From contig NC_058369.1 of NCBI RefSeq assembly GCF_018350175.1, positions 12,464,001 to 12,528,000 of the forward strand: a stretch of DNA of 64,000 nt. The letters run 5' to 3'. Below the pieces are notes generated by a model. That model was not told the origin of the DNA, did no database searches, and was given only the letters and a program-made list of their open reading frames with translations. Positions 41,591 through 53,495 of this stretch are shown piece by piece. A program made the position numbers and the translations under genes. The stretch is from Felis catus. Lineage: Eukaryota. How positions within the stretch are numbered: position 1 is the first letter of the stretch; each line of letters starts with the position of its first letter.

Positions 41591-42054
41591 ATGTTGCCAA
41601 GAATTCTTTAAAACCTACAGATTCCAATGTAGCTGACAAACGTTGAGGTTTGAGTCTCGGACCTGTCACCCCCTTGCCAAGGGACCTTGGGCAAATTGTT
41701 GAGCTTCTCTGAAGCCTGTTTTCATCCTTGGTAAACCAGGGTAGCGAAATGAAGGTCCCGGTTCCCCGGGGAGAACTGGAGACAGTATGTTATATTAGCA
41801 CCTGAAGCTAAGAGGTCCTCAAAGTATAATAACATGATGATGGTACCATGAATATAGTAACATGACAGAGCAGTGGTTCTCAACCAGAGGGTGGAGGCGG
41901 GGATTCTGGTCCCCAGGGGACACTTGGCAATGTCAGGAGACATTTTCGATTGTCATGATCGGGAGAGGTTGGTGCCATTTGCGTCTAGTTGGTGGAGGCC
42001 AGGGATGCGGCTCAGCACCCCTGTGAGCTTCCCGTGTGAAATCTGAAATCAGCC

Positions 42055-42422
42055 CCGATACTTGGAGGGGAGGGAGAGACCAAAGAAAAGCCGGCCACTT
42101 CAGACGGGTGGGCGGCAGGTTTGATAAGCAAGGGAGCTTGCAAGGCTTGTCTTCAGTGGCCACAGATGAGTTGATCGTCACACCTGCCAGCCAAAATCTT
42201 AACATTTATAGAGCGGCCTTAACTGGGTTCAGTCTCGTGCGCAGTCCAGATGGTCCTAACACCACATCACTATCTCAAGGCTGTGTCCTTGGGGAGCATC
42301 TCGTGCGGGGAAGGCCAGCGGAGTGAACACTCCAAGGACAGGGGAGGGGGAGCCTCCACTTGCCCAGGTCCAGCTGGTGGGTCAAACCTGCAGTCACGTG
42401 TTCCTGATGGCCTCCTCCGACA
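42055..42422 (-). mobile_element. ERV-type solo LTR (carnivore CarLTR-like)
   Basis: Minus strand starts TGTCGGAGGAGGCCATCAGG, has TATAAAT and a degenerate polyA signal, ~370 bp; inserted next to MER20 (~41870-42030). Confidence 0.5.
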
Positions 42423-43456
42423 CGCACACCCCCACCACAACAGGTGCTCTGGCCCCCAATATTAGCAGGGCTGAGACTGAGAAACCCTGCTCCAGAGACT
42501 TGGATTGCATGAACACTTGCTGGGACATTGACATTGGGCACTTTGGTTTCTGACTCCACCACTTGTTGGGTGAGACTGGAAATAATAGTAATTAATCCCG
42601 GCTAACATTTCATGGGCCCTGTGCATGCCCCAGGCATGGTGCTAGGCTCGCTGTGTAAGTGAATTTCATTGTTTTACCAACCCTGGAGATTGTTAAGAAA
42701 ACTTAAGCCCAGAGAGGCCAAGCGGCCCGTGCACAGGGCTTCACCTATCTGGGCCTCGTTTTTTTTTTTCATCAGTGGGACAGGATGATAATATCTGCTT
42801 CTCGGGCACACTGCCCACGCAAGATGCCAACCAGCTGGCACCTCATGGACCCTTAACAAATGGCCTCTGCTATGATGAGTGTATTAGCCCGGCACACAAC
42901 GGTTAACCATCAAGTCTGGCTGAGTGCCCAGCTAAGCCAGGGCCCGAGAGCCACACGATTTCTTTCATTATCCCAGTTGCTGGGTGAATTGGCAGGGAGA
43001 GACCTGGGAAGTACCTAAGACAAAAGTTACTAGGATTGCCGGGGGCTTGTCTTCCGGGCAGTGCTGCGCCCAGAACACTCTCTTCTCCAGCCTGCTTCCT
43101 CAGAGGATTTTAAATCAGCCCTGCCACCACCAGCAAGAGTGAGAGGGAGGCCAGAGCTCCCGAGGAAAACCAGGAGGTAGGCACCGCAAGGTGTCCCTCC
43201 TGGGGGAATCCAGGCTTGCTCGATTGCCTGCAGTGACTAATAGAAGTCAAGGAAGATGGACAGTTGTGGATGAGCCCGTTGATGTGACAGTTATTTAGTG
43301 AGCACCTGCCGTGTGCCAAGCATGCTGACCTTGGCAGACAAGTCTTTGCACTTATGGAATGCATGTTCTTATGGAGAGACAAGCAGTAAACAAGCAAGAA
43401 GAAACCTATCAGCTGGTGGTGAGTACCATGCAGAGAATTAAAATAGGGCAATGGCA

Positions 43457-44090
43457 GGGGCGCCTGGGTGGCTCAGTCGGTTAAGCATCCGACTCCTGCT
43501 CTCAGCTTGGGTCATGATCTCACGGTTGGTGAGTTCGAGCCCCACATCGGCCTCTGCGCTGTCATCACAGAGCCTGCTTGGGATTCTCTCTCCCTCTGTC
43601 TCTGCCTCTCCCCTGCTCATGCGCTCTCTCTTTGTCTCCCTCTCAAAATAAATAAATAAACATTTCAAAAAATAGGGTGATGGCATTGGGAGTGACTTAG
43701 GGAGGGAGGTCACTGAGCAATGTGATGGTCAGGGAGAGCCTCTCAGGATGTGGCATGTAAGCTGAGGTGTGGGTGGCAAGAAAGGATTCAGATTGGGGAG
43801 TTCAGGTGCAGCATGTGCAAAGGCCCTGAGGCTGCAGTAAAGCTGGTTGTCTTAGACCAGGGGTTCTCAACTAAGCATGATTCTGCCCCCAAGTAGACAT
43901 TGGCAATGTCTGGAGATATTTTTGATCGTCACAGGTTTGGCGGGGGGTGGGGGGGGGGTTGCTGCTGCTGGTATCCACTGAGTAGAGGCCAGGATGTTCT
44001 CAACATCCTACAATGCACAGGATGGCCCCCACTGCAAAGAATGACCTGGCGCCAGATGCCAATAGTGCTGATGTTGCAAAAGTCTGGGCT
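43457..44090. mobile_element. SINEC (43457-43672) in an L2-like relic, and MER20 (~43857-44090)
   Basis: SINE with TSD aaaataggg; MER20 core gacattggcaatgtctggagatatttttg. Confidence 0.75.
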
Positions 44091-44621
44091 CCAGGAATAG
44101 AAAGAAAGCCTAGTGTGAGGGTCAAGGTCAAAACCTTCCAATACTCCTGTAGATGTGAGGAGGTGGTAAGTAAGGGCACAAGGCCATATGCTGGGGTGGG
44201 GTAGAGTCCAAGGGGCCTATTGGAGACTGAGATGAATGGAGGAAGGAACAGAGATTTGGGGGAGGCAAATTCAAGGTCAGGGGATTGGTGAGGAGGTGAT
44301 AGGGACAAACCTAGATGGACCCTGGGGTCCAGAGCTGGGGCCTGGGTGAGGTCAGCAGAGTGCAACTAAATCAGAGGGCCTGGGTGGGTCATGGGAAGGT
44401 GGCTGGATGGCCAGGCTGGCTCTGAGGGTCCCTGGAGGAGAAGGGACCAGACCAACACTCACTCCCCGACCGGACCCTTCCAGGCTAGTGAAAAAGTTCT
44501 TGCTCTGCTCCCCAGTTTTCCTCATTTGTGAGATGGTGACAGTCAATTATGTTATAACATTTTTCAGGTCTGTGCAGGAAAAGTTAATTCAACAGGCCCG
44601 GGTTGTCCACATTCTGGACAC

Positions 44622-45108
44622 GAAAGGTTTGGCGCTTGACCGGCTCCCAAGAAGTGGCCTCTAGGCCCTTGGAACGTCTTGCCTGATGGGGGTGTGTTTG
44701 TTCATCTGGGGACCTTGGAATATACCAGAGAGTCTGTGCTAATGATGCGATTTCTGGTGGGGGGCCTTGGGTCACGTGGTGCCAGCTCTGGAGGGGCTCT
44801 GGAGGTCAGCCATGTCTGTGTGACCGATGCCCAGCAAGAACCTGGGCACCTAGGCTCAGCTGCACTTCCCAGGCTGGCAACCCTCCGAGCCTGCTGTCAC
44901 ACGTCGTCGCCGTGAGAGTTAAGCGCCACTCTCACAGCTCTGCTGGGGGCGGACACTGGAGGCCCGAGCCTGGTGTCCCCTGGATGCTGCCCTGCACGCC
45001 TCTTTCCTTTCATTGAGCTGCCCCATAACCATGAGAACAGCTTTTCCGAATTCTGTGAGTGCTTCTAGCAAACCCTCACATCTGAGGGTGGTCTCGGGGA
45101 CCCCTGAA
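44622..45108 (+). mobile_element. MER21-like ERVL LTR
   Basis: gaattctgtgagtgcttctagcaaaccctcacatctgagggtggtctcggggacccctgaa is characteristic of the MER21 3' end. Confidence 0.7.
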
Positions 45109-45639
45109 AGGCAGACTCTTCTCCCAAGTGGACAAGGCAGAGAAGGGAAGTTGAGGCAGAGAGGAAAAGATACTGCAAAAGCTCCGGCTGTTTGGTTGAA
45201 CCGATACCAGAATTTCTGAAACGCCCGTATGTAGAGCGGGGACTGGACGTTCAAGCACCCAAATGCCTTGCTCGCGTCGGGTGCATCACGGCTACGTTGG
45301 GCATTCCTTTTGCTTTTCAGGCACATCACGCTTCCTTGTGTGCTATCCCGAGTGGACTGCCTCTCTCTCCTCACCCCAGCTCGCCTTCGAGTAGCTGTCA
45401 CTCCCACTTCACGGATGGTGCGGCCAGTGTCCCAGGAAACAGGCCACTTGCTTAACTTCTCCAGGGCAGCGATGGACGGACAAGCATTCCAACCAGACCC
45501 ATGGACTCCCAGGTATACGTTCCTTCTGCCTGTGGTTTGTTAATATCGAGAGGTGGGTGGGCAGGACTCAGATCACCAGGGCGTTTTCAATAATGAGAAG
45601 GTCTTTCCCTGGTCCTAGAGGCCATGTTTTTGGTTAATC

Positions 45640-46130
45640 TTTCCCCCCAGCTTTATTGACAGATCATCAGCGTGTATAACACCGTGTAAGTTTAAGGTGC
45701 CCGACGTGTTGATTTTGATGCACTTGTATCTTGCACGATGGTTACCGCAGTAACGTTAGGTAACACCTCCAGCATGCACATAATTACTGTTTCTTTTTAG
45801 TGGTGAGCACCTTCAAGACCTATGCTGTTGGCAACTTTCAAGTGTATAATACAGTATTATTCACTGTAATCACCGTGCTGTGCATTAGATTCCTTAGGTC
45901 GGTCTTATTCGTCTTCTAACTGGAAGTTTGTAATCTTTTGACTGACAGCACCCCATTCCCCTCACCCCCTTTCCCTCCTAACCGTCTCTCTGTTTCTGGG
46001 AGTTTGGCTTTTTTTAGATTCCACATAGAAGTGAGATCTTACGGCACTTGTCTTTCTCTGTCTGGCTTATTTCACTTAGCACAACGCCCTCAAGGTCTAT
46101 TCATGTTGTCACAAGCGGTGGGTTTTTTTT
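45640..46130 (-). mobile_element. L1 3' end (antisense)
   Basis: cagctttattgacagat...agattccacatagaagtgagatc...ctggcttatttcacttagcacaacgccctcaagg. Confidence 0.8.
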
Positions 46131-47068
46131 TTTATTATTTCAAAGAGCACATCTCAGTTTGATATGGGCCGGTCCTGAGCCGCCCCTGGAGACTTGCTAG
46201 TCTCCCTTCTTATCTGCGAGAGCTGTCTCCACGCCTCCCGCAGGCGAGGAGATCTGGCTAGAGTGGATTTAAAGCTGATTTCTCAGGTTCTCAGCTCTGC
46301 TGACATTGGGGGAACAGATCATTTTCTCTGGCGGGGGCTGTCGTGTGCATTCTATCTAGGGTGCTGAGCAACGTCCCTCGTCTCTACCCACTGGGCACCA
46401 GCAGCCCCCACCTCCCCCCGTCGTGACAACCAAAATGTCTCCAGGCATTGCAAGTGTCTCCTGAGAAGCAGAATATTCCCCAGTTGAGAACTGCTTGTTT
46501 AAGCGGTACACCCAGCGCCCGGACCTCTTTGGAGGGGACAGTGAACGCAGGATGAGGTGGGGGTTCCACTCAGTGTTTGTCCTTCTGGCCTGACCAGCCA
46601 GGACCGGCAGGGCTCCCAGCCCCTGACAGTTTCCCTCTGCACACCTGGGCCCAGGCTCAACTTTCACAGAGCCCCAGGGGACCTAGGTGTTCCAGAGGCT
46701 GGCTGGTCCCCAGGTCCCCATGCTGGGCTCCAGGAAACCATAGTTGCTGTGGTGACTGCTGAGCTCTTGGGGTGAGGAACCAGCTGGTTGAGGGGCAAAA
46801 GATTCCAGTGCCTGGAGCAGCCAACCACATCCAGGGGCCGCCGTCTCCCCATTAGTGCTTGCAGACCGAGCAGAGGCGGCTTCAGCTCCCCAGGGGGGCC
46901 GGAGGGGACGGGGGGGGGGGCTGTGGGGCGCTGAGGGGGTGAGACCGATACCCCTCTCCAGATGGCCCTGCCCGGCTGTCCTCCCAAGAAGGCCACCTGG
47001 CCTCCGGCTTGAGGTCTCTGAATCCCAGGCCCTTCCCTGGGGAAGGGTCATCCAGGCAGACAGGCAGC

Positions 47069-47186
47069 ATGAGCGTGGGTCCCCTCAGCCCGGGCACCCG
47101 CCGGCGGCTTCTCCAGGGTCTGGCAGGCCCCCTCCCGGAGCCTCGGTCCAGCAGTGTGGCCGTCTTCATCAGCGCCGCGATCTCAG
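47069..47186 (+). CDS. NWD1: NWD1 putative first coding exon (MSVGPLSPGTRRRLLQGLAGPLPEPRSSSVAVFISAAIS-D)
   Basis: gcagcATG start; donor CAG|GTAAAG in phase 1 joins the phase-1 acceptor at 49914; supplies the VFIS strand typical of NWD/DUF4062 N-termini. Confidence 0.8.
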
Positions 47187-50100
47187 GTAAAGGGCCGGGA
47201 AAGGCTGGGGGGCTAGAGGCAAGCAGGTACTCTTAGGGAGGGGCGAGGTGGCCAGGGCCTGGCTCGAGGGCTCCTCTAGGAGACCTGGATAAGAATGCAG
47301 CCTGGCCAGCGGCCCACGTGGGAACGAATGAGAAGGAGCCTCCTAGACCCTCTGTTTCCTCCTCGATAATCCAGGCTGAGACCCTGACTTGACAGGCTTG
47401 CTCCGAGTGGCAAATCTTATTGCAAGTAACATTTATGATGAAGGTACGACGCGCTATGTGCCAGGCTTCAAAAGCGTAAGAGGGGCGCCTGGGTGGCTCA
47501 GTTGGCTAAGCGTCCGACTTCGGCTCCGGTCACGATCTCGCGGTTCGAGGGTTCGAGCCCCGCGTCGGGCTCTGCGCGGACAGCTCAGAGCCTGGAGCCT
47601 GCTTTGGACTCTGGGTCTCCCTCGCTCTCTGCCCCTCCCCCGTGTGCGCCCTGTGTGTCTGTCTCTCTCTCTCTCGAAAATAAACAAGCATTAAAAAAAT
47701 TGGAAAAAAATTTGAAAGTATAAGAGCCTTGCCACCGCCCCCAAGACTTGCATGACCCGACTCTCCTCACCTCCCGTCTTGATCTTATATGGCCCTTCCC
47801 CACACCCGCATGCTGTAGTCACGCTGGGCTCCAACGGGTCTTGGAATCCTTGAAGCCCCAGGCCCCATAAACCGGAGTCATTTCGGTGCTTACTTAACGG
47901 GTGGCTTCCCTAAGCAGAGCCGCGAGCTCTGTGGGGGCAAAGACTACGTAAAGTAGTGTGTGGGCAAATATTTAATAGCCCGTGCCCCCCCAAATCTAAA
48001 CAAGACGACATGAAATGCAAAGCGCCACCGATTTGTGCTGTCCGCCAATTTCCATTGTGTGACTCCTCCCGCCAGGTCAATTTCCAGCCGCCGCCGAGAC
48101 TTCTCTGAACGCGGAGTCAGGCAGAGATGTGGCGGTCATTCGCCGTTCTCTAAGATTTCCCCGATACAAAATCAATAGCCAGGACAAATGCAAGAACAGA
48201 GCTCACAGCCAAATGCCAAAAAATAATTAGGAAGTTCGTTAAGCGCCTGACCCCTGATTTCAGCTCAGGTCATGACCTCACGGCTCGTGCGTTCCAGCCC
48301 CGCGTCGGGCTCTGCACTGAGCGGGTGCAGAGCCTGCTTGGGATTCTCTCTCTCTCTCTGCCCCCTCCCCCGCTTGCTCTCTATCTCTCCCTCAAAATAA
48401 ATAAAAATAAACTTAAAAATTAGGAAGGGATGAGTTTTGAGGATTTGCCGTCTCTGCTCTTTCCATCCTAAGTTTAGATCATTGGATTTTTCATGATGGC
48501 CGCGTTAACGACTGGTTTACAAAGATTCCTGGAGATTTTAGCAGCAGTCGCCCCCCGCCCCCCCCAGCCAGTAGGACTGCGTCATCCATGTATGTCTTGC
48601 TTGTCACTGTGCCCTGGATGCTTAGCAAGGTTCTAAGCAGAAAGCAACTTCCTAATAAAACCTCCGTGGGCAGATGTAAATGACCCGTGGAAAGGATTAG
48701 ACAGGCACGGGAAGGGCATGGGGTAGGAGGCAGATCCAAGGCTGACACCCAGGGATTGGGCAACCTCTTCATGCCAGTGGCTTTGGGAGCCCTTCCCTGA
48801 ACACTCCAATGACCTCCCCCTGACCAGGTGGAGAGGACCAATGTTTCTTCAACATCTGTCTCGCACAAGGTGCTTTTACTGGTAAGATTCAACAGCTCGA
48901 CCAACGCCTACTAAGCACTTGGGTCGAGGGCTAAGAAACCAGCCATGACCAAGATGAGCAGAGGCGCTTGACTTTGGGCAGCTCGCAGCCTTGCGAGGTA
49001 GAAGCATCACCCCCGTTTTACAGAGCGGGAAACTGAGGATGGCCTGCCCCTTGGCATCAGACCGCACAGTGAAGTCAGGGGCACCGAAAGGTCTCAGGGT
49101 CCAGGTTTTACCCTCGGTAGGGCTGCCGGAGTCTAGCAAAAGCGAAAAACCAGGACACCAGTGAAATGTGCATTTCAGATAACACCGTGAATAATCCTCC
49201 AGTGTAGGTATTTCCCAAATAGTGTGCGACATGGGACAGACTTAGGCTAACAGATTATTCGTTGTGTATCTGAAATGCAGATTCGACTGGGTTTATCCCA
49301 TGTGTACCTATACCCAAACAGTGCAAGGAACAGGATATACTTGAGCTATTAAGTTTTTCACGGTTTACTGAAGCACAAATTCAGCTGGGCATCCTGTTTT
49401 TAATCTAGCGACCCCAGGCTGGGGGACCAATCATTCTGGTTAGCGGAGACGGAGGGGTTTCCTGGGATGTGGGATTTTTAGCACTAAGACCAGGAAAGTC
49501 CCTCTTTGGTTTGCCTCATGTCTATTATTATTTTTTTTTAATGTTTCTTTATTTATTTTCAGAGAGAGAGAGACAGAGAGGGAGAGAGAGCATGAACCGA
49601 GGAGGGGCGGAGAGAGATTGGGAGACAGAGAATCCCTCCCAGAGAGGGAGACAGGCTCCGCACTGTCAGCACCCAGGGCCCGACGCAGGGCTTGAACTCA
49701 CGAACTACGAGATCATGACCTGAGCCAGAACCAAGAGTCGGCCGCGTAACCGACTGAGCCACCCAGGCGCCCCTGCCTCGCGCATTTTTGTATCTTTTAA
49801 TTTGCCCCGTGGGGCCCCAGCCTTAGTGGGGGCAAACGAGGCTGAAAGCACAGCCGTGGGGCAAGAAAGCTGATGTCCTGGGTTCCTCCAACTGATGATG
49901 ACCTTCCTTGCAGATATGGATGCCGAGAGAGAAGCCCTACAGAGCACCGCCTACCCCGAAGTGCAGAACTTCTGCCAAAAGCACGGTCTGATGTTCGAGG
50001 TAACTGCCCCCTCCCTGCCTCAGTTTCCCCTGCCCTGAAATTAGGGAATAGAGCTGTGCCACCCAGGCTGCCACATAGGACCTTTTGCTCCAGGGAGCTC

Positions 50101-53100
50101 CACGCTGGTGATGCACCCTGTGGCAATGGAAGTCCTCTAAACAGGCAGGGGGAGGGATTGTAGCCACAGGCACCGTGGTTAGAGCAGGAGGTGTGGCAGT
50201 GCCCTGGGACCCTGCTCCCTGGGCATGTCCCTTTACTGCCTTTTGTTGTCGGTCTGCCCTGCCCTCCTGGCCCTCCCTGCGCTGGGACAGCTTCAGGGGG
50301 AGTCTAAGAGGACCGTGGGGTGTTTGGGGGGCACACGGGAGTGGGCTGGGCCTTTTTCGGAAGCAATAATGGTGTGCCTGCCAGGCACGGTCACCGCAGA
50401 CCCCAAACAGAGTCCCCTATGACTCTTAGCACCAATCCGGGGGTGGGAACGTTGCTCCTCACATGTTACCAACAGAGCGTCTTTGGAGTTGACACTGACT
50501 CCTTGCCATTTGTGACAGCGATCCGTCACATCAAAGGCCCTCTCGATTATATATAAACACACCATGGTTTATATGTCACTAAGAAAGAAACGGTGCTGGG
50601 ACTCTGCCTGCCATGGATCATGAGACACCGCTCAATGGCAGAGGCTCTAAAAAGGAAAACACACACGCTGAGAACTGATGAAGGGCCTTTCATGTCCAGG
50701 CAGGTGCTATGTGACAAACGCTGTAAACAGCGTCGATGCCGGGGTGGGAGACAGCGGCCCGCAGCGCGGAAGGCTCTTGCCCAAGCCTGGTGGCTGACCC
50801 TTTTCCCCCTCTGCATTCAGCCACATTCAACACTAGCGTCCTTTTATCCTCGTGTTCCAGTTCGTTAGGAATTTCTGCGTCTTTCCCTCTGGCCAAAAGA
50901 AGTTAGGGAGGGAGGGACATTCTGAGTCCCATTCCCCGCCCCCCCCCCTGCCTCCCTATCGCAGCCTTTGCCGGCTCGGCTTTGCTACCCGAATTGAACC
51001 ATTCCCCCTGGCCCCCCTCAGGCAAGCAGGCAAAAGTGGACCTCAAGCGTGCGGTTGCTAGGGAGATCCTGCCAAGTCCTATGTCGGCCACACTAAATAC
51101 CCTTCGTTGCAAAGAAAGTTCTGAGAACAAGTGTGGACATGTCCTCATGACTGGCCGGCCATCCTGCCGGATGCCCCCCATCTGGGTCTGTCTGATGTCT
51201 TTCTCCTGGTTACACTGGGGTTACGGGCTTCATTCAAGTTCTTTCGTACATCCCCCTTTGGGGTGAGACTGTCAAAAATTATTGAAAGAAACTTTATGCC
51301 TTTGTCAAAGGGAATTGAAAAAAAAAACTCACCCACTCTGCCACCTCCCTGACAAACCCACCCTTGTGATCTCCAGGTTGTTGATCTCAGGTGGGGTGTT
51401 CGGAACACTGAGGCCACTGAGCACATGACCACAGAACTCTGCTTGGAGGAACTCGACCGGTGTCGGAAAACATCCACAGGGCCGGCTTTTGTTGTGAGTC
51501 TCTTGGGAGGGATGGGTTGGTGCTTACTTCTCATTCCAGCACCAGTATGTGGCCCCTGCTCACTAGCCAAACCCATCAGTGGAGGAGAGATGGTATTTCT
51601 GCTCTAGTACCCAATTTCCATAGCCTGCCCATGGCAGACATTGCTAATCGATCACAGTACTCATCTTCCACAGAGCTAGCTGGGACGCAGACATTAGCAG
51701 CCAAGTGGAAGCAGCAGGTGAGTTGGAGAGCAGAGGGTTGGAGCCCAAAAGAACCTTGGGATTTGCTCTGGACCTTCCCCCAGCTTTCCCAACTCATGCA
51801 CTTTTTGTGTGTGGAACCTGGGGATCCTGGAAAACCATACAGAGGATGGAAACCCACAGGATGTCGGGAATTTTTTCCTCCTCTGTGCCTCATGGTGTTG
51901 GGAATGGCCTCTGGGGCGCCATCTAGAGCCTGCCTCTGGGAAAACTTCTTCCCATGCCAGGCGGGGTCAGTTTTTCCATGTTCCAGGGAATTTTCTCTCT
52001 ACCCATCCCAACAGCACCCTCTCTGTCACTGAAATAAAGCCCAGCTCACGATTAGTGGTTTAGGCTACAATCGGCAAATGTTATTCCACGGTCCTGATTT
52101 ATCACACCAGCACGTTCCAGATACATTAAATACGACATTTGAGCTCTCAAATCCTAGAGCAGGGGTCGGCCAACTACACCCTAGGGGGCAAATCCGGCCC
52201 ATTGCCTGCTTTTGTAAATAAAACTTTATTGGCACTCAGCCACACTCCTTCATTTGCGTAGCATCCAGGGCTGTCTTCCAGCTACGAACAGAGAGCCGAG
52301 TACTTGTGACAGAGGCCACCTGGTCTGCAAAGCTGAAAAGATTGACTATCTGACCCCTTACAGAAAAAGTTTGTTGACCTCTGTCCTAAAAGGTAAAGAG
52401 GGAAAAAGTCTTGCCCAAGACATCTTAGTCACAAAGAAGCTTTGAACAATTCCAGAAAAATCCTCTGGAACCTCTCCTGGAGATAAAGTAGAATGTAGGA
52501 GAGGGTGGTCCCCATTATTAAAGCTGTTTTCTGGGGGCGCCTGGGTGGCTCAGGCAGTTAAGCAGCTGACTCTTGATCTCAGCTCAGGTCTTGATCTCAG
52601 GGTTGTGAGCTCAAACCTTACGTTGGGCTCCATGTGAGCCTACTTAAAAAAAAATAATTAGGGGCGCCTGGGTGGCGCAGTCGGTTAAGCGTCCGACTTC
52701 AGCCAGGTCACGATCTCGCGGTCCGGGAGTTCGAGCCCCGCGTCAGGCTCTGGGCTGATGGCTCAGAGCCTGGAGCCTGTTTCCGATTCTGTGTCTCCCT
52801 CTCTCTCTGCCCCTCCCCCGTTCATGCTCTGTCTCTCTCTGTCCCAAAAATAAATAAACGTTAAAAAATAATAATAATAAATATTCAAAAAAAAAGAAAT
52901 TAAAATTGAGTCGAATTAAAATTTCAGTCCCTCAGTCCCACTGGCCGCATTGCAGTGGCTTAGTAGCCACATGGGGCGGCTGGCCACCATATTGGACAAC
53001 ACAGAGGAGCATACTTCCAACATTGCCGGAGTTTCTAGCGTTGCCTTAGAGATTCGATCTCCCTAAAAGAAACTAAGTAAGACCTGGCCGACACATATGA

Positions 53101-53455
53101 GAAGCTTTCTTTATTATGTGTTAAGTTTCATGTGGACGGTCCGGCTTGCATTTTCAATCTTTTGCTCTATACCTTTCTTTGTATGTTGGTTCTGCTTTTT
53201 TTTTTCTTCTCCTGTTTTATTGAGATATTTTCTGCCATCCAGCATTGTGTAAGTTTCAGACGTACAGCGTTAATGACTTGACTTACACAAATTGTAAAAT
53301 GATCATAATAAGTTTAATTAATATCCATCATCTTATATAGAAAAGAAAAAAATGGTTTATTTATCCTTGTGATGAGAACTTGTAGGATCTACTCTCTTAG
53401 CAACTTTCTTTTTTTTCAATTTTTTAAATTAAAAAAAGTTTTTTTAATGTTTATT

Positions 53456-53495
<40 letters not shown>

